A DNA stretch of 64,000 nt, from contig JBAZBY010000001.1 of assembly GCA_041671225.1 (NCBI GenBank), positions 494,940-558,939 of the forward strand. The letters run 5' to 3'. This DNA comes from Patescibacteria group bacterium. Its GTDB lineage: Bacteria > Patescibacteriota > Patescibacteriia > JBAZBY01. Positions 56,656-64,000 of the stretch are shown piece by piece; position 1 is the stretch's first letter, and the number at the start of each line of letters is the position of its first letter. The notes under the pieces were generated by a model. The model was not told the DNA's origin. It ran no database searches and saw nothing but the letters and a program-made list of their open reading frames with translations. Both the position numbers and the translations under genes were made by a program.

Positions 56656-58722
56656 CTACTCAAAATGCGTTTGAATGGTGCGCTGCTGTAGCACTGCCTT
56701 GAGCGCAGGATACTGTTCAAGTTCAGGATCTTGTTTAAGCAGCGCATCGGCATCCTGCTGCGCCGCGGCGATGAGGTCGCTGTTCGTGAGATGCGCGAGC
56801 GTCTCGCCACTGTAGCCGGATTGGTTCTTCCCGAATATTTCGCCCGGCCCTCGCAGTTCAAGATCCTTCTCAGCGAGGGTGAATCCATCCAGAGTATGTT
56901 CCATGAGTCGCAGACGTTCCAGCGCGCCGCGATTTTTTTGATCTGTCGCAAGATAGCAGAATGCCTCCTGCCCTGCGCGCCCGATGCGCCCGCGCAATTG
57001 GTGCAGCTGCGCAAGGCCAAAACGTTCCGCTCCTTCAATGAGCATGAACGATGCATCCGGCACATCAATGCCCACTTCAATAACCGACGTTGTGACAAGA
57101 ATGTGATTCTCTCCGCGCGCAAATCGATCCAACACGTTCTGTTTTTCATCCGGTTTCATGCGTCCATGCAGCAAGCTTAATTCTTTTTCAGGGAATATAT
57201 CAGCGAGTGTTTTGAACTCCTCGGTTGCCGCCCGCACGCCGAGCGTGTCAGACGGGTCAATAATAGGGTAGACAACAAAGCATTGTTTGCCACGGGAAAC
57301 CATTTCCTTCATTTTTGTAAAAGCGTGTTCTCGTTCTTCCCCCGGAAGCGCTTTTGTCGTAATGCGTTTTTCTCCGGTCGGGAGTTCTTTGATAAGCGTG
57401 AGATCAAGGTCGCCGTAGATAGTGAGCGCGAGTGAACGCGGAATCGGCGTTGCGGTCATTGAGAGGAAGTGCGGGACGCTCCCATGCCGTTCCATCGCCT
57501 GCTCGCGTAATATTTTGCGCTGTTCCACGCCAAAGCGATGTTGTTCATCAATGACAATAAGCCCAAGTTTTTTAAAACGCATACGCTCATTGAGCAAAGC
57601 GTGCGTCCCAACAAGAATATTCACGTTGCCGTCCCGCACTGCTTGTTCAAGCTCTGTGCGAGGCACCTCCCTGCCATTCAGTCTTGCGGTGCCTCCGGTC
57701 ACAAGCCCAAGCGAGAGGCCGTGTTCTTTGACGTGTTCGGTAAAACGCTCTGCATGCTGGCGGGCCAGTATCTCCGTCGGCGCAAGCAATGCACCTTGGA
57801 ATCCGGCTTTTGCAGAGGAAAAGAGCACGATTTCAGCCACAAGCGTTTTGCCTGAGCCAACATCACCTTGCAGCAAGCGGTTCATTGGGCGGGGCTGCTC
57901 CATGTCTTGCAGGATCTTCCATGCAGCTTTGCGTTGATCGTTCGTGAGATCAAAGGAGAACTGCTGCAAGAATGTTTTAATGGCATCGTCATCGTGCGCA
58001 ATTGCATGCGCGGGCAACGTCTTAAGTAGTTTTTTTGCTTTGACAACCGCAAGTTGAATGAAAAAGAGCTCCTCATAGGTAAAGCGCGCTTTTGCTTTTT
58101 TGAGTGCTTCCATGCTCTCTGGAAAGTGGATTGCGCGTACGGCTTCACCGCGGCTAGGGAAGTGCTGCTTGGCCATGATGTTTTCTGGGAGCACCTCGGG
58201 CAACATATCCGCAGCAGGCAATACCTTTTGAATAAAGGTACGGATTGTTTTAACGGTAAGATCCTTTTTTGTTGCATAGACCGGCACAATGCGTCCCACA
58301 TGCGCTTGATCCTCTTTTTCCTTCTCCCACGCTGGTGATGCCATAGAGAGTTTTCCAAATCTGTAGTGTGCCTTTCCAGAGCAGAGAAGGGTATCACCCT
58401 GCTTTACGACATGCGTGAGGTATGGCTGATTGAACCAAAGGACGCTGATGCTGCCTGAATCATCAGAGAGAATCGCCTCGGTCATGCGCATGCGCCTGTT
58501 TTTTGTTGTGCGGTTTACAATAGATTTTACTGTCCCGCGTATCGTAACAGTCGTTTCAGGAGTGACGTCGTTTATCTGCACCGTTTCAGAAAAGTCATCA
58601 TAACGAAAGGGGAAGTGCCAAAGCAGATCCTCAAAAGTCAAAAAACCCGCTTCCGCAAACTTAGCCACGGTAGCTTTGTGGATGCGCGGAATGTTGGCGA
58701 TAAGTGCTTGGGCTTGCGTCAC
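56656..58722 (-). CDS. recG: ATP-dependent DNA helicase RecG
   Basis: Wedge/OB domain, helicase motifs GDVGSGKT and DEQHRFG, C-terminal RecG-specific region. Confidence 0.95.
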   Translation of the reverse strand: MTQAQALIANIPRIHKATVAKFAEAGFLTFEDLLWHFPFRYDDFSETVQINDVTPETTVTIRGTVKSIVNRTTKNRRMRMTEAILSDDSGSISVLWFNQPYLTHVVKQGDTLLCSGKAHYRFGKLSMASPAWEKEKEDQAHVGRIVPVYATKKDLTVKTIRTFIQKVLPAADMLPEVLPENIMAKQHFPSRGEAVRAIHFPESMEALKKAKARFTYEELFFIQLAVVKAKKLLKTLPAHAIAHDDDAIKTFLQQFSFDLTNDQRKAAWKILQDMEQPRPMNRLLQGDVGSGKTLVAEIVLFSSAKAGFQGALLAPTEILARQHAERFTEHVKEHGLSLGLVTGGTARLNGREVPRTELEQAVRDGNVNILVGTHALLNERMRFKKLGLIVIDEQHRFGVEQRKILREQAMERHGSVPHFLSMTATPIPRSLALTIYGDLDLTLIKELPTGEKRITTKALPGEEREHAFTKMKEMVSRGKQCFVVYPIIDPSDTLGVRAATEEFKTLADIFPEKELSLLHGRMKPDEKQNVLDRFARGENHILVTTSVIEVGIDVPDASFMLIEGAERFGLAQLHQLRGRIGRAGQEAFCYLATDQKNRGALERLRLMEHTLDGFTLAEKDLELRGPGEIFGKNQSGYSGETLAHLTNSDLIAAAQQDADALLKQDPELEQYPALKAVLQQRTIQTHFE

Positions 58723-58935
58723 CGGGTTATTGTAGCGCAGTCATGCAAAACGTAACATGGCAGTCTTCGCCCAGGGGTCCCCGCAAACGGGGTGCGCAGG
58801 GAGCGTAGGATTGAGTGAGTGTAGCGAGCGAAATCCGTTAAGCGCGACCGTGTCCCAGTTTGTGGGGTATAACGAGGCTTTATGCGAAAGCCGCAGTCCC
58901 GCTCGGCGGGACGAAGGCTGAAGCATAAAACGATG

Positions 58936-58954
58936 TGGTGCGCCCGGCAGGATT
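58936..58954 (-). other. tRNA 3'-end-like fragment (17/19 identity to the tRNA-Arg 3' end incl. CCA), about 100 bp downstream of the tRNA
   Basis: tggtgcgcccggcaggatt versus tggtgtccccggcaggatt at 59052-59070. Confidence 0.4.
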
Positions 58955-59051
58955 TGCACTCCGCCTTCGGCGGAGTACTCGCGTTACGACGAGCACATAC
59001 GACCGCTCGCGCCGCAGGCGCGAGCCATCACGCCCCCAATAGGCCACCTTT

Positions 59052-59128
59052 TGGTGTCCCCGGCAGGATTCGAACCTGCGACCTCAGGCTCCGCAAGCCT
59101 GCGCTCTATCCAACTGAGCTACGAGGAC
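59052..59128 (-). tRNA. tRNA-Arg (anticodon GCG)
   Basis: 77-nt cloverleaf: GTCCTCG-TA-GCTC-AGTTGGATA-GAGC-G-CAGGC-TTGCGGA-GCCTG-AGGTC-GCAGG-TTCGAAT-CCTGC-CGGGGAC-A-CCA. 7-bp acceptor stem, A20 in the D-loop, encoded CCA. The D- and T-arms closely resemble canonical bacterial tRNA-Arg. Confidence 0.85.
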
Positions 59129-59192
59129 ATCAAAAAGTGGCTATCTGCGCTACATTCCAAATCCAATGATTAAAAGAAAGGGGCGTGATGAG

Positions 59193-59220
59193 CAGGCTCC
59201 GCAAGCCTGCGCTCTATCCA
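59193..59220 (-). repeat. 28-bp perfect direct repeat of the internal tRNA-Arg segment 59085-59112 (D-loop/D-stem through anticodon stem-loop); att-like tRNA fragment
   Basis: caggctccgcaagcctgcgctctatcca occurs inside the tRNA and again about 80 bp beyond its 5' end. Confidence 0.8.
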
Positions 59221-59328
59221 GCTGCCCGGCAGAGCCGGGTCCGGCTTTGCCGGAAGCTACGGGCGCATATCACCAAGGCACTATAGAGAAGAATCCATCT
59301 CTATGCAAGGATACGCGCATTTTTGTGT

Positions 59329-59357
59329 TTGACCAAAGCGTAAATTTGTGCTACAAT
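59329..59357 (+). promoter_or_regulatory. Sigma70-like promoter (TTGACC-17-TACAAT) upstream of the Kelch-repeat giant gene
   Basis: TTGACC 59329-59334, spacer 17, TACAAT 59352-59357. Lies in an AT-rich tract preceding the GC-rich gene. Confidence 0.5.
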
Positions 59358-59447
59358 AATCTTGATTTTTCAGATAAAAAATTTGAAAAACCTTATTTTT
59401 TGGGAGACTTTTTTGCCTTTATCTCCCTATGTATCGTATTGTCGGGA

Positions 59448-62400
59448 ATGAAAAAAACAAGGGGGAAGAGGAAAAAGCACACAATACCTGCACAACGCAT
59501 GCGGCGCACGCCATTGGCGCACCGGCGGCGTCGCGCACCGGCAGGTCAAATACAGCAGATAGCTGGAGCATTCTTGTCGCGGGTTCGCGCGTTGCGCACC
59601 GCACTCATTATCATTGCCATCCTTTCGTTGGGTGGTTTTTTTGCATTCCAATACATCACCACATATGCCGTTTCTGACAGCGTCACCATCTCATCACAAA
59701 CGGAATGGGAAGCTGGCGAGTACTGGAAGAATCAGCTGAATACCACCAACGCCGCAGGGGATCTTTCCATCGCATCCGGAGGCGTTGGTTCATGGGATCT
59801 GACAATGCCGAGCTTCCCAGAAGACACCCGAGGGTATTTTGCATACGGCCAGGAGCCCGCGGATCTTGGTACGGACCTCACGACCGATGGAACATATCTC
59901 TATATGATCATCGGCGGACGCCAGCCGGAGCTCTTCCGCTACAATCCGGAACTGGGAACATGGAAGCAGCTTGCAGATGCACCGACGGATTTCTATGACG
60001 CAGGAGCGCTCACCTATTACGACGGGTATCTGTATGCAACGAACGGGCATGATGGTTTGACGACGACGGATGCCGCAGGCGAGCTCTGGCGTTATGATAT
60101 TGCCGGAGACGCGTGGGCGAAGATGGCAAGCGCTCCGAGCGTCTGGGGTAGTACTGCAGTAGGCGGCGCAGACATTGAAAGCGGCAACAACGGAAAGCTG
60201 TATGCCGTGCAAGGCCATGCGCAGGCGCCGTTCTGGATCTATGACATCGCATCCAACACATGGGCAGACGGTCCAACCGTTCCGGACCCTATTTCCACGG
60301 CCAACAGCCACGCATTGGTCTATTCCGATGTCTCGTTCGGTACTGATCCGGTGTACTGTGAAACGGGGTGTATCTATGCGTTTTTGGGCAACAGCAGGAC
60401 GTTCCTTCGATATGACATCAGCATGAACCAGTGGTACTCGAGCTTCGCAGATGTTCCGGCGGCGCTCGGGAACGTCACAACTGGTAGTGCGCTTGCGTTT
60501 GATGCCGCAAATGATGATCTCTACGCGTTCCGCGGCGGTTCAACGGAATTCATGAAGTATGACATCGATAATCCGGGAACATGGGATGCGGCAACGCTCA
60601 CCACGCCCAACACCCAGCGCAACGTGACGACAGGCGCATCGCTCGTGTACCTTGACGGATACATCTATGGAACGCTGGGGGGCGTGCCGGAACTGGTGCG
60701 GTATGACGTTGGGAATGGCCGGTGGGATGCCGTTGTTGCGCAGAACGCGACCGGCACCAATTCCGGCGATCTGGTGGTGTATGTTCCGGATAACGTCACG
60801 GCAGGGTGTACGGATGATTCCGGGTGTTTGTTCGTTGCCCAGGGAGGCGGTACGGGATTGCGCAGATATGACATCGGCGCGCGCGCGTGGTCTGCGGCGC
60901 TCACCGTGGTTCCTGCCGCGTTCGGGCTGAACGGCACCATGTGCTTTGACGGCACGAATACCATCTATATGGCGCGCGCGGGCAACCAGACCATGGTGTA
61001 CCCGTACAGCATCAGCGGGAACAGTTACGGTACCACCATCACTGCGCCCGGAGCGGTTCAGCAGGGTGCGGGCATCGTTTGCACGGCAGCGAACCGCTTT
61101 TATCTTTTGCGCGGCAATGCGACGAACAGCTTCTATTATTACAACGGAACGACACTCGCGGCAGATGACAACATCCCCGCAGCGGCAGTGGGTTACGGCG
61201 GCGGGCTTTCCTGGGATGGCACATATGTCTATGCTCTTGCTGGCGATCGGCGCGGCAATTTCTACCGCTTTGATCCCTCGCAGGGTTCCGGATCGCGCTG
61301 GAGCGTGATGAACAACCTTCCGACCACCGCGTACTATGTATCGTCTTTGGAGTACGACGGCGCCGGGAACATCTATGTCATCCCAGGGCAATATGAAAAG
61401 GATTTTTGGCGCTATGACGTTTCAGAGAATTCTTGGAGCCGTGCAAGCGAATTACCGCAACGTTTTGGGTATGCGCACGGATTGGCCTATGACAGCGCTG
61501 CCGGCAAGATATGGGTCCTGCGCGGAGGCGCGCCAAGCACGAACAGCGTCGGGTTCCATATGTTCACACCGGAAGCGCATGCATACATTCCATCCGCAAC
61601 ATGGATCTCCGCTCCGATCGATCTTGATTATGTGAGTTCATTTACGGATCTGACCGCAACCACCACGACCCCCGGAGGCACGAGCGTCGCATATGTAACG
61701 CGCACGTCGGATGACAGCGTGAGCTGGTCGGATTGGGCAACAGTTGTTGGCGGGGCCATTGCTTCGCCGGCCAACCGGTACATGCAGGTGAAGGCAACGC
61801 TCACATCGGATGATACCAACACGCCGACGCTCTCGGATTTCACCATTACGTATGAGCGCGATTCAACCGATCCGATACAGCCGAGCATCGTTGGGTATGA
61901 TACCAGCGCAAAAGCCGCCACGCTGACCACGGGCAATTCATATTACTATACGAATCCGTATTTTGAATTTTCCGACGCAACGGATTCTGATTCACGCGTC
62001 ACCGGGTATTACGTTTCATGGACGACCAATGCGAGCCATAATCCGGCGAGCAGCGAAGACTACTTCCAGACCGCGGAGACATATTCCGTGCAAACGCCGC
62101 TCGCGGCCGGCAGCACATACTCCTTGCGCGTCGCAACAAAGGATGCCGCAGGCAACGTGACAGACGCTGAGACGAAGTTCACGTATACGTATACCGGCAT
62201 CTCTCCAGCAGCAACAAAGCAGTGGTCATCCCAGGCGGAGTTTGCCGCGGGTACGGTGAGCAATGTGAGCACATCCGCAAACGCGGGGAACGTCCAGCTC
62301 TCCGCCATGGCGAACGGCGCATGGGCCAATGAAGCGCCGACGAACCTCAACTTGACGACCGGTTCAGGAGCGTCAATGGTGTTCAACGGCAATGACACGG

Positions 62401-64000
62401 TGTATATCCTTCGCGGAACCACCACGCAGACGTTCTGGGCATATTCTGTCGCCAATAAGACCTATACGACGCTCGCGAATTACGGGAACAACGTTACCAC
62501 CGGCGCCAGCATGATCTTTGTTCCTGCCGGTACAAGCGCCGGATGTGCCGATGCCGGCGGGTGTGTCTTTGCATCGCGCGGCGGCTCCACAACGGAATTC
62601 CGGAGGTATGACGTGAATGCCAATACCTGGACGCAGCTTACCGATGGATCCGTGCTACCGCTTGCAGCCGGCAATGGAGCATCGTTCGCGTATAATAGCA
62701 GTGATACGCTGTATTATCTTTCTGGGAGCACTGCGCCCAGCACACGCTTCTATAAATATACGATCTCAACCGGAACCTGGACCCAGCTTCCAGATGTGGA
62801 CCAGACCATCGGGCTTGGGGGAACGCTCACGTATGTTCCCAGCGGCGCATATTGTTCTGATGCAACCGGATGTCTTTTTGCGACTCGCGGGAACTATGAC
62901 ACCGATTTCTACCGGTATCGCATCCAGGCGAATGCCTGGTCATATATGCCGAACACGCCCTTTGGCATCGGGGATGGCGCTTCGATCCGTTATGCCAACG
63001 GGTATGTCTATCTGTTGCGTGGGAGCGCCGCAAGTGCGGTCCCGACGAATAACTTCGTCCGGTATGATCTCACGACCAACCAGTGGGAACACCTTGCGGA
63101 TACGCCGACGAACATTTATCAGGGTTCTGAACAGGGATTGGCATACATCTCCACAAAGAACGAATTCCTGACGTTCCGGGGGTATTCGGAGTATGCGATG
63201 TTCGCGTATGACATCACGGAGAATGCATGGCGGACGCCGTCATTGCCGCATCACTATACGTCGAACGGGTATTACTACGGCGCCGTTGCATATGACACCT
63301 CGGCAGACCTGCTCTATGTCGCCCGCGGGGGAACCTATACGGACTGGTGGGCGTATGATCCGGCGCTCGCGACATGGCAGCAGAAGGCGGACGTCCCGCA
63401 TAACTTGAACATCGGCGCGAGCGCGGAGTATGTGAATCACGCGAACAATACCTACGACGGCACGTACATGCTCGTCGGGTATGAAGCGCAGGGAGACAGC
63501 GTGGGGCACTTCTTCCGGTACAGCGCCGCGACCGATTCCTGGACGCGGTTGGCAAATACCCCTGCAGAGCCGGGCACTGCCGGAGGTGCAGATCTGGTCT
63601 ATGACGGGACTGATGCTATATACACCGCGCAAGGCGGCACCACGTCATATTATAAATACACCATTTCAACCAATACATGGACGACGGTTGTTTCTACGAT
63701 ATGGGCGGCGCCATCAGAAGGGTCTTGCGCAGTGAAGGTGGATGTCGGCGGGACGGATTATATCTATCTGACCCGTGCGGCCAATACAACAACCGTGTAC
63801 CGGTTCAACATCGGCACGCAGACATGGGACGCCGCAGCCACGGTCGAAGTCGCGCCCGGAGCGTTGCGTTATGGGAATGCCTGCGTTGCGGACGGGCAGG
63901 GGAACATTTTGATCCCGCGCGGCAACAGTACCACGGATATGTATGTGCTTGATCCGGACGGTGATGCGAACGGCGTATGGACGACGCGTTCAACATTGAG
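59448..64000 (+). CDS. Giant Kelch/beta-propeller-repeat surface protein (3'-partial; runs off the window; absent from the ORF track because no stop is reached)
   Basis: Manual translation of frame 3 from ATG 59448 gives MKKTRGKRKKHTIPAQRMRR..., then a TM helix ALIIIAILSLGGFFAFQYI, then more than 1450 stop-free codons of Kelch-like blades (YLYATNG, KLYAVQG, DLYAFRGG, IYGTLGG, FYLLRGN, VYALAGD, IWVLRGG, LYYLSGS, VYLLRGS) and FN3-like segments. Confidence 0.75.
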   Translation, partial: MKKTRGKRKKHTIPAQRMRRTPLAHRRRRAPAGQIQQIAGAFLSRVRALRTALIIIAILSLGGFFAFQYITTYAVSDSVTISSQTEWEAGEYWKNQLNTTNAAGDLSIASGGVGSWDLTMPSFPEDTRGYFAYGQEPADLGTDLTTDGTYLYMIIGGRQPELFRYNPELGTWKQLADAPTDFYDAGALTYYDGYLYATNGHDGLTTTDAAGELWRYDIAGDAWAKMASAPSVWGSTAVGGADIESGNNGKLYAVQGHAQAPFWIYDIASNTWADGPTVPDPISTANSHALVYSDVSFGTDPVYCETGCIYAFLGNSRTFLRYDISMNQWYSSFADVPAALGNVTTGSALAFDAANDDLYAFRGGSTEFMKYDIDNPGTWDAATLTTPNTQRNVTTGASLVYLDGYIYGTLGGVPELVRYDVGNGRWDAVVAQNATGTNSGDLVVYVPDNVTAGCTDDSGCLFVAQGGGTGLRRYDIGARAWSAALTVVPAAFGLNGTMCFDGTNTIYMARAGNQTMVYPYSISGNSYGTTITAPGAVQQGAGIVCTAANRFYLLRGNATNSFYYYNGTTLAADDNIPAAAVGYGGGLSWDGTYVYALAGDRRGNFYRFDPSQGSGSRWSVMNNLPTTAYYVSSLEYDGAGNIYVIPGQYEKDFWRYDVSENSWSRASELPQRFGYAHGLAYDSAAGKIWVLRGGAPSTNSVGFHMFTPEAHAYIPSATWISAPIDLDYVSSFTDLTATTTTPGGTSVAYVTRTSDDSVSWSDWATVVGGAIASPANRYMQVKATLTSDDTNTPTLSDFTITYERDSTDPIQPSIVGYDTSAKAATLTTGNSYYYTNPYFEFSDATDSDSRVTGYYVSWTTNASHNPASSEDYFQTAETYSVQTPLAAGSTYSLRVATKDAAGNVTDAETKFTYTYTGISPAATKQWSSQAEFAAGTVSNVSTSANAGNVQLSAMANGAWANEAPTNLNLTTGSGASMVFNGNDTVYILRGTTTQTFWAYSVANKTYTTLANYGNNVTTGASMIFVPAGTSAGCADAGGCVFASRGGSTTEFRRYDVNANTWTQLTDGSVLPLAAGNGASFAYNSSDTLYYLSGSTAPSTRFYKYTISTGTWTQLPDVDQTIGLGGTLTYVPSGAYCSDATGCLFATRGNYDTDFYRYRIQANAWSYMPNTPFGIGDGASIRYANGYVYLLRGSAASAVPTNNFVRYDLTTNQWEHLADTPTNIYQGSEQGLAYISTKNEFLTFRGYSEYAMFAYDITENAWRTPSLPHHYTSNGYYYGAVAYDTSADLLYVARGGTYTDWWAYDPALATWQQKADVPHNLNIGASAEYVNHANNTYDGTYMLVGYEAQGDSVGHFFRYSAATDSWTRLANTPAEPGTAGGADLVYDGTDAIYTAQGGTTSYYKYTISTNTWTTVVSTIWAAPSEGSCAVKVDVGGTDYIYLTRAANTTTVYRFNIGTQTWDAAATVEVAPGALRYGNACVADGQGNILIPRGNSTTDMYVLDPDGDANGVWTTRSTL

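Noticed and set aside
58741-59045. Possible tmRNA or RNase P RNA, or a second tRNA, between recG and tRNA-Arg
   Set aside because: I looked for a tmRNA tag ORF ending in AA-stop, a GGGG 5' end pairing with a CCA-proximal strand, and RNase P P4/CR motifs. None was found. An 86-nt acceptor-stem-like pairing (GCGCCTG/CGGGCGC) lacks a proper T-arm, so it is reported only as a tRNA-like fragment.
59429-59677. 82-aa ORF (frame 2) listed in the track at the start of the Kelch gene region
   Set aside because: Out of frame with the long stop-free frame that encodes TM and Kelch repeats. The real gene starts at 59448 in frame 3 and is missing from the track because it has no stop within the window.
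59790-61391. Minus-strand ORFs of 173 and 283 aa, plus several short plus-strand ORFs in other frames
   Set aside because: All overlap the GC-rich Kelch giant gene. GC-rich sequence generates long spurious ORFs, and only frame 3 (+) has coherent repeat structure.
1-64000. CRISPR arrays, rRNA genes, IS elements or transposases
   Set aside because: I found no regularly spaced direct repeats, no rRNA-like conserved blocks and no DDE or other transposase motifs. The only mobile-element hint is the tRNA-Arg repeat structure.

Overview
This 64 kb window reads like a small, streamlined bacterial genome, with almost every gene co-directional on the + strand from about 5.1 kb to 55.5 kb. The gene content (giant secreted proteins, a type IV pilin, a pared-down type IV secretion-like cluster) suggests a CPR/Patescibacteria-like episymbiont, but that is inference and not a database hit. 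Confidently recognisable housekeeping genes are rpsO, pnp, cmk, lspA, a comM/yifB-family ATPase, an M23/LysM peptidase, leuS, tsaC/yrdC, rsmA/ksgA, recG, a Xer-type tyrosine recombinase and one tRNA-Arg(GCG). The accessory content falls into four parts. (1) A dockerin-bearing protein followed by two membrane-anchored cohesin-like proteins (1-3191). (2) A 1586-aa surface protein with carboxypeptidase-regulatory-like domains and FG-GAP repeats. (3) Three consecutive giant cysteine-rich surface proteins (1897, 1709 and 1458 aa; 25670-40868), followed directly by a minimal type IV secretion-like locus (40870-55551). That locus has a VirB6/TrbL-like polytopic protein with a very long coiled-coil tail, a VirB3-like membrane protein, a VirB4 ATPase split into two ORFs, two paralogous pilin-motif proteins with large Cys-rich ectodomains (one fused to a lytic-transglycosylase domain) and a TolB-like beta-propeller protein. 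No VirD4, VirB11 or relaxase is present in the window. I regard this T4SS-like locus and its pilin fusions as the most interesting system here. (4) A visibly GC-rich 3'-partial Kelch/beta-propeller giant gene that begins just beyond a tRNA-Arg flanked by partial tRNA copies, which suggests an integration hot spot. The window also contains a promoter- and terminator-bounded ORF-free transcript of about 330 nt (9.2-9.5 kb), a small promoter-terminator unit (45.9-46.0 kb) and a GC-rich gene-less 1.1 kb segment (55.55-56.65 kb) that I could not assign. No CRISPR array, rRNA or transposase was seen.
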